From an uncultured Chlamydiae bacterium (GTDB lineage Bacteria; Chlamydiota; Chlamydiia; Chlamydiales; Parachlamydiaceae): a stretch of DNA of 64,000 bases. The notes below the pieces were generated by a model. That model did not search any database. It had not been told where the DNA came from and saw only the letters and a program-made list of their open reading frames with translations. The position numbers were made by a program, and so were the translations under genes. The stretch is from positions 1,568,001 to 1,632,000 of the forward strand of contig CAVWGN010000001.1 of the NCBI GenBank assembly GCA_963754655.1, given 5' to 3'. Of this stretch, positions 19,961-30,053 are shown one piece after another. Each line of letters starts with the position of its first letter. Positions within the stretch are counted from its first letter, which is position 1.

Positions 19961-20164
19961 TTAATGACCTTGGCAATTTGCATTACCACAACAAGATTGT
20001 TGAGTTCCACAATTACAGCCTTTGTCGCTATAGCATCCACAGTGTGATTGAATGGTACATTTGCAATCCTTGCATGTACAATTTCGTTTTTGTGGTTGTT
20101 GTGAAAATAACAAACCTGTGCTAACTAAAGAAAATCCTAAAATCATTAAGATAAAAAACTTCAT
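19961..20164 (-). CDS. Small secreted Cys-rich (metallothionein-like) protein, 67 aa
   Basis: aaggag RBS before ATG 20164; signal peptide MKFFILMILGFSLVSTGLLFS followed by 11 Cys in CxC/CC motifs. Confidence 0.75.
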   Translation of the reverse strand: MKFFILMILGFSLVSTGLLFSQQPQKRNCTCKDCKCTIQSHCGCYSDKGCNCGTQQSCCGNANCQGH

Positions 20165-20239
20165 AAATGTCTCCTTGATTGACCAAACACGCTTTCTATT
20201 GAACAATATCAAATATTTTATAGATAAAGTAAAGAAAGT

Positions 20240-21784
20240 TTAATAGCGAAGCCCCCGGGGAATAAAGTATAAATCTAATAAATCAAATGTAAATTGAACG
20301 CAAATAGCTAACATACAAGCAGGTATGGCCCCAGCTAGCAAAGTGGAATAATCATTTAGTGCCAAGCCTGCCACAATTCTTTCTCCATAACCGCCAGCTC
20401 CAATAAAGGCAGCAATTGTCGCCATTCCGACATTGAAAACAGCAGCTGTTTTAATGCCTGCTAAAATCATCCGTGAAGCCAATGGAATGTCAATCATAGT
20501 TAAACGGTAAAGAAAGGGCAATCCCAATGCTAAGGCTGCGTCACGTAAAGGGCTTGGAATGTTGGTCAATCCCGCATAAGTATTGCGAACAATGGGAAGC
20601 AAAGCATAAAGAAATAAAGCCATCAGTGCAGGCAATGTCCCAATTTCTTTGAAAAGGGGAATAAGGAAAGCCAATAAGGCAAGAGAGGGGATAGTTTGAA
20701 TAGCTGCCACGACATTCAGGATAAAATGGCGGGTTAGATGCCAATAGGCTGCTAAGATGCCTAAAAAAAGGCCGATGAAGATAGCAGGCACTAATGCTCC
20801 AAAAACTAAAAAAAGGTGTTGCCGAGTTAAAGGCCATAAATCTGGTCCTGTCAGCTTTTCCCAAAAATTTCTTGGAAATTCTGAAGGGTTTTTCGAGGAA
20901 TCTTGCAGGAAGTCTCTCCCAATAGTGGCAAATGATTGCCCTTGCAATTCTGCTTGAGCATTTAGCTTCATCATTTCTTGAGTCGATAGGCGATGTTCTA
21001 GACGGTTCTTAAAGCTTTTCCATGTTTTTGGAAAAACCTTCGCTGCTTCGAGGCGATAGAATAAAACTCCTTCGTATGAGGGAAAAAAATGGAGATTATC
21101 TTCTAAAACTCTAAGGTGGTATTTTTTAATTTTCGAGTCAGTGCTATAGATGTCTATGACATCAATTTTCCCTTGAACTAAAGCCTCGTAGCCTAAGCTG
21201 TGATCAATCCCCTTAATATTCGATTGAGGAAAGTAATAAGAGCTTTTTTTTAATCCTACCCATCCATCTGGACGCACTAAAAATTCATGAGAAAAACCCA
21301 GCTTTAAATGAGGATGCTGAGCTAAATCAGAAAGAGTTCTAATCCCTAATGCTTCTGCTTTTGTGTCTTCCATTGCTAAGGCATAATTATCGCGAAATCC
21401 CAATGATTCACTCACTCCTAATTGAAGAGGTTTTAAATAAGAGTTGAGTTCTTTTATAGATGCAGCAGCTAGCTCAGGACGTTTTAAAATCTCAAAGACA
21501 ATCGTTCCCGTATATTCGGGATAGACATCAATTAATCCTTCTTGAAGAGCGGCATAGACAATGCCTGTATTTCCAAGTCCTTGCCGATAATCAATCGGCG
21601 CTTCATTTACTTGTTCAGCCAATTGTTTCACTATTTCTCCTAGGATATAGGATTCTGTAAATCTCTTAGAACCAATTATTAAGGAAGTTTCGGTTGGAGG
21701 GCGAGTGGAGGAATAAAGGAAGAAAAAACCTAAAAATAAAAGAAGAAGATAACATCCTCTTTTTAAAAATAGCCAAGATGTCAC
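20240..21784 (-). CDS. Osmoprotectant (glycine betaine/choline) ABC transporter, fused binding protein + permease
   Basis: IGSKRFTESYILGE, IDVYPEYTGT, QTIPSLALL, IVRNTYAGL, IAAFIGAGGYG. Confidence 0.92.
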   Translation of the reverse strand: MTSWLFLKRGCYLLLLFLGFFFLYSSTRPPTETSLIIGSKRFTESYILGEIVKQLAEQVNEAPIDYRQGLGNTGIVYAALQEGLIDVYPEYTGTIVFEILKRPELAAASIKELNSYLKPLQLGVSESLGFRDNYALAMEDTKAEALGIRTLSDLAQHPHLKLGFSHEFLVRPDGWVGLKKSSYYFPQSNIKGIDHSLGYEALVQGKIDVIDIYSTDSKIKKYHLRVLEDNLHFFPSYEGVLFYRLEAAKVFPKTWKSFKNRLEHRLSTQEMMKLNAQAELQGQSFATIGRDFLQDSSKNPSEFPRNFWEKLTGPDLWPLTRQHLFLVFGALVPAIFIGLFLGILAAYWHLTRHFILNVVAAIQTIPSLALLAFLIPLFKEIGTLPALMALFLYALLPIVRNTYAGLTNIPSPLRDAALALGLPFLYRLTMIDIPLASRMILAGIKTAAVFNVGMATIAAFIGAGGYGERIVAGLALNDYSTLLAGAIPACMLAICVQFTFDLLDLYFIPRGLRY

Positions 21785-22533
21785 GAAACAGTCTCTTGGA
21801 TATTCAAAGAGGAAAATTGTTGTAAACGTATAAAATCAGCGACAAAAGGTTCACTTGGATGCTGGGTAAGCTCAAAAAAAGAGCCTTTTTGAACGATGTG
21901 GCCGGCTTTCATGAGGATGATTTCATCTGCGAAGTAAGCAGCCTCTCGGATATCATGTGTGACAAGTAAAATGGTTTTTCCTAACTGCAGAAAAATGTGC
22001 TTGAGTTCGCTCTGTAGTTCAGAGCGTGTAATAGGGTCTAGAGCTCCTAAAGGTTCATCTAAGAGCAAGCAGCTTGGATCAAGTAAAAGAGCGCGCATCA
22101 AGCTGACCCTTTGTCTTTGTCCTCCAGATAATTCTACAGGATAATGCGAGAGTAAGCGAGGAGAAAGGCGCATGAGATCGCTTAACTCTTGAATACGTTG
22201 CTCGATCCATTGAGCAGAATAATTGAGGAAATTTGCCACTAAACAGACATTATGATGAGCAGTTAAGTGGGGAAATAGCCCTCCCTCTTGTGTAACGTAG
22301 CCAATCTGACGACGCCACTGATTGATATTAGAAGAAGTCATTTCACTCTCATCTAAATGGATCGTTCCCCTTGTCTGAGGAATAAGACCAACAATTAAGC
22401 GCAAAAGAGTCGATTTTCCACAACCACTTGGACCAATAATGACAGTGGTACGATCTTCTGCAAATGTCAAAGAGATTTCGATAATCGAATCTGGACCAAA
22501 GATTTTAGAAACCTTATCAAGTTTAATGCGCAT
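21781..22533 (-). CDS. Osmoprotectant ABC transporter ATPase
   Basis: GPSGCGKST, LSGGQRQR, LLLDEPLGALDPITR. Confidence 0.92.
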   Translation of the reverse strand: MRIKLDKVSKIFGPDSIIEISLTFAEDRTTVIIGPSGCGKSTLLRLIVGLIPQTRGTIHLDESEMTSSNINQWRRQIGYVTQEGGLFPHLTAHHNVCLVANFLNYSAQWIEQRIQELSDLMRLSPRLLSHYPVELSGGQRQRVSLMRALLLDPSCLLLDEPLGALDPITRSELQSELKHIFLQLGKTILLVTHDIREAAYFADEIILMKAGHIVQKGSFFELTQHPSEPFVADFIRLQQFSSLNIQETVS

Positions 22534-22567
22534 TTTTTTCTTATTAGCCTTTGACTTTACGATATTC

Positions 22568-23104
22568 TTAAGGTTTCGTTTCTAAGCGAGGAATTCCCCA
22601 AGCAAGAAATATTAAAGACATCCCAAAGAAAATCATGTTGATTCCAACCAAGAGTCCTAAAACCCAAAAAGCTGTTCCTGGCCATCCAGACCAAATAATA
22701 TAGGCAATAATTAAAGCCAGTACTCCATTTAAAAGAAACCATCCCCAACGGCGAAATGGGCGCAATTGAAAACCCAAGATAATTTTGGCAAGACCTTCTG
22801 CAATGAAAAAAATGGTGAGTATGACGGTGAGGGAAAAAATACCGGCAATTGGAAAAGAGATCAGTAAAATCCCAAAGATGACATACAAAAGGCTGGTTAA
22901 TAATGAGCCTATGAAGCCAGGGGCTTGCCTTGTCTTGATTGTACGATACAATTGCACGACTCCTGCAAAAATCAACAACCAACCAATGAAAAGCTCTGTA
23001 CTCAGGGTTGAAATGCCTGGGAGGGCAACAGCTATAAAACCTAACAGAGTAAAAATAATTCCTTCAAATAACAATAAATAGCGATGACTTTGTAACCATT
23101 CCAT
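22568..23104 (-). CDS. hdeD: HdeD/DUF308 acid-resistance membrane protein
   Basis: Six TM helices in two repeats, GWLLIFAG, WGWFLLNG, WVLGLLVGINMIF. Confidence 0.88.
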   Translation of the reverse strand: MEWLQSHRYLLLFEGIIFTLLGFIAVALPGISTLSTELFIGWLLIFAGVVQLYRTIKTRQAPGFIGSLLTSLLYVIFGILLISFPIAGIFSLTVILTIFFIAEGLAKIILGFQLRPFRRWGWFLLNGVLALIIAYIIWSGWPGTAFWVLGLLVGINMIFFGMSLIFLAWGIPRLETKP

Positions 23105-23371
23105 GTCTCTCTCCTTTGTTTTTATATTTCTTTATAGCTTTCTGCTGAATTGTTGTAAAACGACAAGTTTTTTTTTGATTTAAATGATTTGTTAAATGAT
23201 TTTTATTTAACGAAGAGACTTAAAAGAAAAGCTATTTCCTTTATGATCATTAATCACTCATTGATAAAATAATAATTAAATAAAAGGTGATAATTTTGAT
23301 AATAAGAAAGGGGAGGGAAGTGAAGCTTTAACGCCTTATGAGAATAAAATGCTTGCTCATCCTCCTTTCCA

Positions 23372-24646
23372 TTAAATAAAGCCAAGCCAATCTCTTGGTT
23401 TTTTAAGACTTTCATCTGCAAAGGCGAAAGCCCAGTAATTTTGCTTAACGGCAGCCAAGACAATCTCGCGATTTTTTTTAAGGCTTTCATCTGCAAATTG
23501 AAGAGCCAATCCGTCTTGCTGAACAGCAGCCAAGACAATCTCTCGATCTTTTTTAAGATTTTTATCTGTATATTGAAGGGCTTTGCCATTTTGCTGAACG
23601 GCAATCAAGACAATCTCTCGATCTTTTTTAAAGCTTTCATCTGCATATTGAAGAGCCCAGCCATCTTGCTGGACAGTAGCCAAGATAATCTCTCGATCTT
23701 TTTTAAAACTTTCATCTGCATATTGAAGAGCCCGGCCATTTTGCTGAACGGCAGCCAAGACAATCTCTCGATCTTTTTTAAGGCTTTCATCCGCATATTG
23801 AAGAGCGCGGCCCATTTGCTGAACAGCAAGCAACACAATCTCTCGATCTTTTTTAAGGCTTTCATCTGCATGTTCAAGAGCCCGGCCATTTTGCTGAACA
23901 ATCCCTAAAATAATGTCTCGATCTTTTTTAAAACTTTCATGTATATCAAAAACACAACATCCAAAACAGCGAGCAACTTTAATAAAAACTTTTCTATTAT
24001 TAAAATGGGGAAAAATTTTGAGCGTGGAGATGACTGATGTTTTTACCTGCTGCCATGCTTGACTTTGACTGCCAAGATAAAGTTTTTCAATAAAGTCATT
24101 TTTGATAATATTTAATCTTTGATCAACAGTGCCAGATATAAGAGAGTTTAAAATAGACGCTTGCTCTTCGGCTACATGCTGGATATTTTTATTGGCACTC
24201 TTTTGGCAAATTTCTGGATCCCATGGATAGCGATCCAAAAGAGAAAGAAATAAACTCTTGGAATGAAATAATTGTGAATCAATCATTAACAATTTTTCAA
24301 ATCTGTGTGTAGTATGGAGTCGATCGATCAATTTAAATTCTTGAGATGAAAAATGCTTTTTTTGATCAGTTATCATATACTCCTGCAAACGAATAATAGT
24401 GGATCGATCATTTCCTTTAAGTTGAAAAAGGGTTTGTGCTAAGGAGATACAAGGATTCTCCTCAAGAATGCTTTTCCATTTTTTACAGGTGAGTAAAATA
24501 GAATAAATATCACATAAAGGTTGGCTCTTTTGATTGATCACCTGATCAAAAATAATTCCTAACACCTCATTGGGGAGTAATGTATCTAACAAAGATTCGT
24601 TTGAAGTGTTTTGCATTGTTTGTAAATGAATGGGAGTCAGTTGCAT
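23372..24646 (-). CDS. F-box + DUF4116 repeat protein (putative secreted effector)
   Basis: F-box-like LPNEVLGIIF...LTCKKWKSI; about seven 25-aa repeats ADESLKKDREIVLAAVQQNG.ALQY. Confidence 0.85.
   Translation of the reverse strand: MQLTPIHLQTMQNTSNESLLDTLLPNEVLGIIFDQVINQKSQPLCDIYSILLTCKKWKSILEENPCISLAQTLFQLKGNDRSTIIRLQEYMITDQKKHFSSQEFKLIDRLHTTHRFEKLLMIDSQLFHSKSLFLSLLDRYPWDPEICQKSANKNIQHVAEEQASILNSLISGTVDQRLNIIKNDFIEKLYLGSQSQAWQQVKTSVISTLKIFPHFNNRKVFIKVARCFGCCVFDIHESFKKDRDIILGIVQQNGRALEHADESLKKDREIVLLAVQQMGRALQYADESLKKDREIVLAAVQQNGRALQYADESFKKDREIILATVQQDGWALQYADESFKKDREIVLIAVQQNGKALQYTDKNLKKDREIVLAAVQQDGLALQFADESLKKNREIVLAAVKQNYWAFAFADESLKKPRDWLGFI
23400..23940 (-). repeat. 75-bp coding tandem repeat (DUF4116 units)
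   Basis: Recurring caatctctcgatcttttttaa.gctttcatctgcatattgaagagc at 75-nt period. Confidence 0.9.
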
Positions 24647-24906
24647 GATTAAACTTTGATTAAATTGGTTATTATCATATATTAAACTAATATTTTTAAT
24701 ATTTTAATTGTTGATATTATAATATTTAAATTTATGAGTCTACAAATTTATCGTTAGTGAAAATCAACAAAAAAAATAAAGTGATCTTAAATCGCAAAAA
24801 TTCATGGCTGGGCTATGAATTAGCTTTATGGTCTATAAAGAGTGGAAATTTTGATTAATTTGAATGTGTTTTAAAACAATTAAAAAATTTATTTTAGTTT
24901 CTAATT

Positions 24907-25506
24907 ATGCCCAAATTACCATTAAGTTTTTACCAACAAGAAGATGTGCTGGAAATTAGTCGTCAACTTTTAGGGAAATATCTTTTCACTTATTTTGACA
25001 ACTGTTTAACAGGTGGAATGATTATTGAAACCGAAGCCTATCGCGCTCCAGAAGATCGTGCTTCTCATGCGTATGGTATGCGTCGTACAAAGCGGAATGA
25101 GGTCATGTATCAAGCAGGCGGTGTTTGCTACGTTTACTTATGTTATGGCTTGCATGCATTGTTTAATGTTGTGACCAATCAAGAAGATGTCCCTCATGCC
25201 ATTTTAATTAGAGCAATTGAACCCCTTATTGGAATAGAAACCATGCTTGTACGCCGTCATAAGCAAAAGATTGATTGCAATTTAACAGGTGGTCCTGGAA
25301 ATCTTGCTCAGGCGTTTGGCATTAATTTATCTCATAATGGCCTTTCGCTCGTAAGTTCGCAGGTCTGGATCGAAGATAGGGGATTTCAAGTTAAAGAAGA
25401 GGCTATTATCAATTTGCCACGCGTTGGCGTTGATTATGCTAAGGAAGATGCTCTATTACCTTGGCGCTTCTGCCTAATAAGGCATAAGAATGATTTAAAA
25501 TGTTAA
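24907..25506 (+). CDS. mpg: DNA-3-methyladenine glycosylase (MPG/AAG family)
   Basis: IIETEAY...DRASHA, YVYLCYG.H, AILIRAIEP, GPGNL, PRVGV...LPWRF. Confidence 0.95.
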   Translation: MPKLPLSFYQQEDVLEISRQLLGKYLFTYFDNCLTGGMIIETEAYRAPEDRASHAYGMRRTKRNEVMYQAGGVCYVYLCYGLHALFNVVTNQEDVPHAILIRAIEPLIGIETMLVRRHKQKIDCNLTGGPGNLAQAFGINLSHNGLSLVSSQVWIEDRGFQVKEEAIINLPRVGVDYAKEDALLPWRFCLIRHKNDLKC

Positions 25507-25548
25507 GAAACCTTCATCGCAACGCCGTGAGAAAAGGTAAGAATCCCT

Positions 25549-25845
25549 TTAATAATGAAGGTGAAATTTATTATTAGCTAATTGAATAATCGATTCTACC
25601 GCCTCCTCTGCATCTTCTCCTAAGGCCTTAATTCCTATTTGAGCTCCTTTAGTTGCTGTCAACATCAGAATGCTCAACAAAGATTTAGCATTAACTGCTT
25701 GTTTTTGGTAGATCAAATAAACTTGCGATTTAAAAGAACTCGCGCATTTTACAATTTCTGTTGAAGGCGCAGCATGTAAACCTCGATGATCATTTACCTT
25801 AAATTTTCCTTTTGCCAAATTTTTTTTCTCAGATAGTTTTGTCAT
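25549..25845 (-). CDS. ptsH: HPr phosphocarrier protein
   Basis: GLHAAPS (His15), NAKSLLSILML (Ser46), GEDAEEAV. Confidence 0.9.
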   Translation of the reverse strand: MTKLSEKKNLAKGKFKVNDHRGLHAAPSTEIVKCASSFKSQVYLIYQKQAVNAKSLLSILMLTATKGAQIGIKALGEDAEEAVESIIQLANNKFHLHY

Positions 25846-26103
25846 AATGTGTTCTCGTCAATAAAGGTTTTGCAGTCTTATTTAATCAGTTGAATCTAGG
25901 GAATGGGTTATTCGGTTTTAGCGACACCAACTTGAAGAATTTCCTTTGTGTTTTGATAAAGATAATATTAATTTTTTGTAAAGATATTAGGTTAATTGCC
26001 TGCTTCACAGTCCATTCGATCAATTGAGTCTATAAATAAAAGAAAGAATGCGATATGAATTTGAAAGAACCGAATAATCCTAATAAGTTGGGAGAAAGGA
26101 AGA

Positions 26104-27102
26104 ATGTCAAAGCGAGAGTCGCGCTATGCAATCGGAGTTGATTTGGGAGGAACTAAAATTGAAGTGGGTATTGTGGATGAAGCAGGACATATTCATCAGC
26201 ACCAACGTTTAGAAACTCTGGTTGCGGACGGGGCTTCAGCTATTGAAAAACAAGTTTTAAAAAGCATTCATGATTTGCAAGAAAAGTCGGGAATACGGGC
26301 GTTAGGTGTTGGAATTGGAGTAGCAGGGCAAATTCAACCTCAAACGGGTCTAGTGGTTTTTGCACCTAATCTCCGCTGGCATAACGTTCCTTTGCAAGCA
26401 AACATTGAAAAGGCAATTAAAATCCCAGTGCACATCGTCAATGATGTAAGAGCGATTACCTTAGGCGAATGGCTTTATGGAGCAGGCAGAGGGTATAAAG
26501 ATTTGATTTGTGCTTTTATTGGAACAGGAATTGGCAGCGGGGTAGTCAGTGGAGGCGAGCTTCTCACTGGATGCAGCAATACATTTGGAGAAGTGGGTCA
26601 CATGACCATTGACTTTAACGGCCCTAGTTGTACTTGTGGAAGACAAGGTTGTTGGGAAGCTTTTGCAGGGGGATGGGGAATAGCAGCGCAAGCTCAAAAA
26701 GCAATTGAGGCGGAGGGGTATAGTGCTGCAGGTCAATGCATGTTGAAATTAGCAGGAGATCGATTGCATGCGGTGACAGCTAAAATTGTCGTGGATGCTT
26801 ATCGTCAAAATGATCCCCTAGCAGTTTTATTAATGGAAAAAATACATAAAGCATTGATTGCGGGTTTTGCCAACTTAGTGAATCTTTATAGCCCCTGCCG
26901 CATGATTATAGGAGGAGGTTTAATTGAGGGGATGCCGGAGTTGATTCAGGTGATTGATAAAGGAGTCAAAGAGATCGCTCTAAAAGCAGCAACTCACTCT
27001 TTAGACATTGTGAAACCAAATTTGGGAAAGGAAGTGGGAGTCATAGGATCGGCTGCTGCTATTTTTAACCTAATGAAGCATAACGACGGAGAAGGTATCT
27101 AA
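26104..27102 (+). CDS. glk: ROK-family glucokinase
   Basis: IGVDLGGTK, NDVRA, GTGIGSG, GEVGH, CTCGRQGCWEA. Confidence 0.9.
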   Translation: MSKRESRYAIGVDLGGTKIEVGIVDEAGHIHQHQRLETLVADGASAIEKQVLKSIHDLQEKSGIRALGVGIGVAGQIQPQTGLVVFAPNLRWHNVPLQANIEKAIKIPVHIVNDVRAITLGEWLYGAGRGYKDLICAFIGTGIGSGVVSGGELLTGCSNTFGEVGHMTIDFNGPSCTCGRQGCWEAFAGGWGIAAQAQKAIEAEGYSAAGQCMLKLAGDRLHAVTAKIVVDAYRQNDPLAVLLMEKIHKALIAGFANLVNLYSPCRMIIGGGLIEGMPELIQVIDKGVKEIALKAATHSLDIVKPNLGKEVGVIGSAAAIFNLMKHNDGEGI

Positions 27103-27770
27103 TGCAGGCATCTATCTATACGACCTTATTTTTGGATGTAGGAGGAGTTTTCCTTACTAATGGCTGGGATCATAAGATGCGGGAAAAAGCTGCCCATCAA
27201 TTTAATATAGACTTCATCGAAATGGATAAGCGGCATGCTTTAACATTTGATACTTATGAGATTGGGAAAATTACACTTGATGTCTATCTCGATCGAGTGA
27301 TTTTTTATACTCAGCGTCATTTTTCCAGAGAGGAATTTAAAGATTTCATGTACGGTCAATCGCAAGCTTATCCAGAAATGATTCAATTGATACGCGATAT
27401 TAAAAAGCGCTATTCTTTGCGTACAGTTGCCGTGAGCAACGAAGGACGCGAACTCATGGTCGAACGCATTGAACGCTTTAAATTGAAAGAGTTTATTGAT
27501 TTTTTTGTATGCTCTGGCTTTGTAGGTTTGCGTAAGCCTGATGAAGACATTTATCGCATAGCCTTAGATCTAGCCCAAGTCAATCCTCAAGAAGTGGTTT
27601 ATGTGGATGATCGTTCAATGTTGGTTGAGATTGGAGCTAAAATAGGGATGCAAGCCATTCACCACTCAAGTTTTGAACAGACAAAAAACCTTTTACAAGA
27701 TTTTTTATCCATTACCCCTACAGGAAGGATTGATCGCTATGTTAGAACATCTTCAAACACTATTAGGTGA
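27102..27770 (+). CDS. HAD-superfamily phosphatase (YihX-like)
   Basis: FLDVGGV, VSN, RKPD, YVDDR. Confidence 0.88.
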   Translation: MQASIYTTLFLDVGGVFLTNGWDHKMREKAAHQFNIDFIEMDKRHALTFDTYEIGKITLDVYLDRVIFYTQRHFSREEFKDFMYGQSQAYPEMIQLIRDIKKRYSLRTVAVSNEGRELMVERIERFKLKEFIDFFVCSGFVGLRKPDEDIYRIALDLAQVNPQEVVYVDDRSMLVEIGAKIGMQAIHHSSFEQTKNLLQDFLSITPTGRIDRYVRTSSNTIR

Positions 27771-28791
27771 GGAAACTCCTTATCTTTTGAATCATCAATG
27801 CAAAACTATTTCAAAGGATAAACTGCATTTGCCAGGTCCAGATTTTATTGATCGTATTTTTTCTCAAACAGATCGTAAGCCTGCAGTTTTAAGGAGTTTA
27901 GCTAACATGTATAACTTTGGAAGGCTAGCAGGTACAGGCTATTTGTCGATTTTGCCTGTTGATCAAGGTGTTGAACATTCGGCAGGTGCCAGCTTTGCTG
28001 TGAATCCTGATTACTTTGACCCCGAAAATATTGTCAAACTGGCTATTGAGGGAGGTTGCAATGCTATTGCTTCAACTTTAGGAGTATTAGGCGCAGTGGC
28101 CAGGCGCTATGCACATAAAATTCCTTTTTTGGTCAAGCTCAATCATAATGAGCTTCTAAGTTATCCTAATACCTATGATCAAATTTACTTTGGACAGGTG
28201 GAGCAGGCCTGGGAAATGGGCGCTGTAGCAGTAGGCGCTACCATTTATTTTGGTTCTGAAGAATCGCATCGCCAAATCCAAGAGACAAGTCATGCCTTTG
28301 AAAGAGCGCATGAATTGGGTATGGCAACAGTGTTGTGGTGTTATTTGCGCAATAATGCTTTTAAGAAGGGTAATATAGACTATTCTACAAGCGCAGATTT
28401 AACGGGACAAGCCAATCATTTGGGCGTGACTATTGAAGCGGATATCATTAAACAGAAGCAAGCCACGAATAATGGAGGATATCAAGCGCTTCATTTTGGG
28501 AAAACAAGTGATTTAGTTTATGATAAACTGACAACAGATCATCCCATCGATTTAACACGCTATCAGGTTGTTAATTGTTACATGGGACGTGTAGGATTGA
28601 TTAATTCAGGAGGGGAATCCGGTAAAGATGATTTAGTGGAGGCTGTCAGAACCGCAATTATTAATAAGCGAGCAGGTGGAACAGGATTAATTTCAGGCAG
28701 AAAGGCTTTTCAAAAACCTATGAAGGATGGCATCCAGTTGCTCAATTATGTTCAAGATGTTTATTTAGATTCTGCTATTACAGTCGCTTAA
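27739..28791 (+). CDS. fbaB: Class I fructose-bisphosphate aldolase (DhnA type)
   Basis: [46 protein letters not shown] 27739 preferred. Confidence 0.96.
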   Translation: MLEHLQTLLGEETPYLLNHQCKTISKDKLHLPGPDFIDRIFSQTDRKPAVLRSLANMYNFGRLAGTGYLSILPVDQGVEHSAGASFAVNPDYFDPENIVKLAIEGGCNAIASTLGVLGAVARRYAHKIPFLVKLNHNELLSYPNTYDQIYFGQVEQAWEMGAVAVGATIYFGSEESHRQIQETSHAFERAHELGMATVLWCYLRNNAFKKGNIDYSTSADLTGQANHLGVTIEADIIKQKQATNNGGYQALHFGKTSDLVYDKLTTDHPIDLTRYQVVNCYMGRVGLINSGGESGKDDLVEAVRTAIINKRAGGTGLISGRKAFQKPMKDGIQLLNYVQDVYLDSAITVA

Positions 28792-28815
28792 AGAATTTTA
28801 TTTTAGGAGAGAAAG

Positions 28816-29367
28816 ATGAAGTCAAAACAATTAGAAGGGGTAAAGATTTTAATGTTTGGAGAGAGCATGTTTGAAGATTTGGAGTTGCTTTATCCACGCT
28901 ATCGTCTTATGGAAGAAGGAGCCAAAGTGGTGATAGCAGGTCCTAAAGCTAAAGAAAACTTCCAGAGTAAGCATGGTTATCCATGCATGGCTGATATAGC
29001 CTTTGAAGATGCTAAAGAAGCAGATTTTGATGCTCTTTTCATTCCTGGAGGATATGCTCCCGATAAAATGCGTAAAAACCAAGCAGTCTTAGAGCTTGTT
29101 CGTCAATTTAATCAAAAGGGTAAACCCATTGCTTTCATTTGCCATGCCGGTTGGGTCCCAGCTTCAGCAAAAGTTCTAAAAGGAGTCAAATGCACCTCTT
29201 GGCCAAGCATTAAAGACGACTTGATCAATGCGGGAGCCAATTGGGTGGATGAACCTGTAGTTGTCGATCGCCATTTTATTTCCAGTCGCAAGCCCGACGA
29301 TTTACCTTATTTTTGTCCAGCGGCTATTGAAGTGATCGCGCATTCAAGACAGCATGCCCATGCTTAG
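28816..29367 (+). CDS. pfpI: PfpI/DJ-1 family protein (glyoxalase III/deglycase-like)
   Basis: FEDLELLYP, IPGGYAPD, AFICHAGW, SSRKPDDL. Confidence 0.92.
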   Translation: MKSKQLEGVKILMFGESMFEDLELLYPRYRLMEEGAKVVIAGPKAKENFQSKHGYPCMADIAFEDAKEADFDALFIPGGYAPDKMRKNQAVLELVRQFNQKGKPIAFICHAGWVPASAKVLKGVKCTSWPSIKDDLINAGANWVDEPVVVDRHFISSRKPDDLPYFCPAAIEVIAHSRQHAHA

Positions 29368-29389
29368 GACCCTCTGCGTTAAGTTAAGA

Positions 29390-29440
29390 GATGAGCTTGA
29401 GCTATCAGCGACTAAAGGCGTTGCATAGCTCAAGCTCATC
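29390..29440. repeat. 16-bp-arm hairpin between convergent genes; member of a dispersed repeat family
   Basis: gatgagcttgagctat / atagctcaagctcatc; leader gcgttaagttaagagatgagctt resembles 62164-62190. Confidence 0.85.
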
Positions 29441-29937
29441 TAATCGTTTGTATGTGAATATTGCTCTGATGATGTAATAAAATGTTCTTCAGGTCTTTGT
29501 TTGTGTTGCTGTGCTAAGAATTTCTCTATTGTTTCAAATTCAATCCAAGAAGCATCTGGATGAATGCCTTCACATTGTACGGCTGCTTGCTTCCAATTTG
29601 CTTCAGAAAGAAGGTTTTCTTGCCAAAATGGATAGGTGCGGCACTGAAGAGGACGGGCTGCATACACTTGACATTTTTGATCTTGATAAAAAACACAACT
29701 ATGATTCTGAGATTTTTTTTCGATTAAAGCATAACGTTGGCCTATACACCGCACATATAAACGCTTAAAATCTGCTTGCTTCAAATTTAAATATTCTGCC
29801 ATTCGTCCCATCTCCTCTTCTGTAATCCAAACGTAACCCGGAGAGCCTGTACAGCATTTGCCGCATTGTGTACAACTAAAAGGTAATCCGGCTTGATACC
29901 AAGGAATTTGAAATTGCTTTTCGAGATCTTTGCTCAT
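29440..29937 (-). CDS. YkgJ-family Cys-cluster (Fe-S/Zn) protein
   Basis: FSCTQCGKCC, CVFY...CQVYAARPLQCRTYPFW, CEGI. Confidence 0.9.
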   Translation of the reverse strand: MSKDLEKQFQIPWYQAGLPFSCTQCGKCCTGSPGYVWITEEEMGRMAEYLNLKQADFKRLYVRCIGQRYALIEKKSQNHSCVFYQDQKCQVYAARPLQCRTYPFWQENLLSEANWKQAAVQCEGIHPDASWIEFETIEKFLAQQHKQRPEEHFITSSEQYSHTND

Positions 29938-30053
29938 AGAATGATTTTACCTATTAAAATAGTTTTTTATTGGTTTAAATTTTATTGCAAAAAATAAATA
30001 CAATACAATAAGAGAAATAAAAATTTATAAAATGGTGCGAACTGTTGCATAAG

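Noticed and set aside
23400..23940. 75-bp tandem repeats as CRISPR, and overlapping ORFs 23441-23908 and 23605-23901
   Set aside because: No unique spacers; these are in-frame protein repeats and the other frames are shadows
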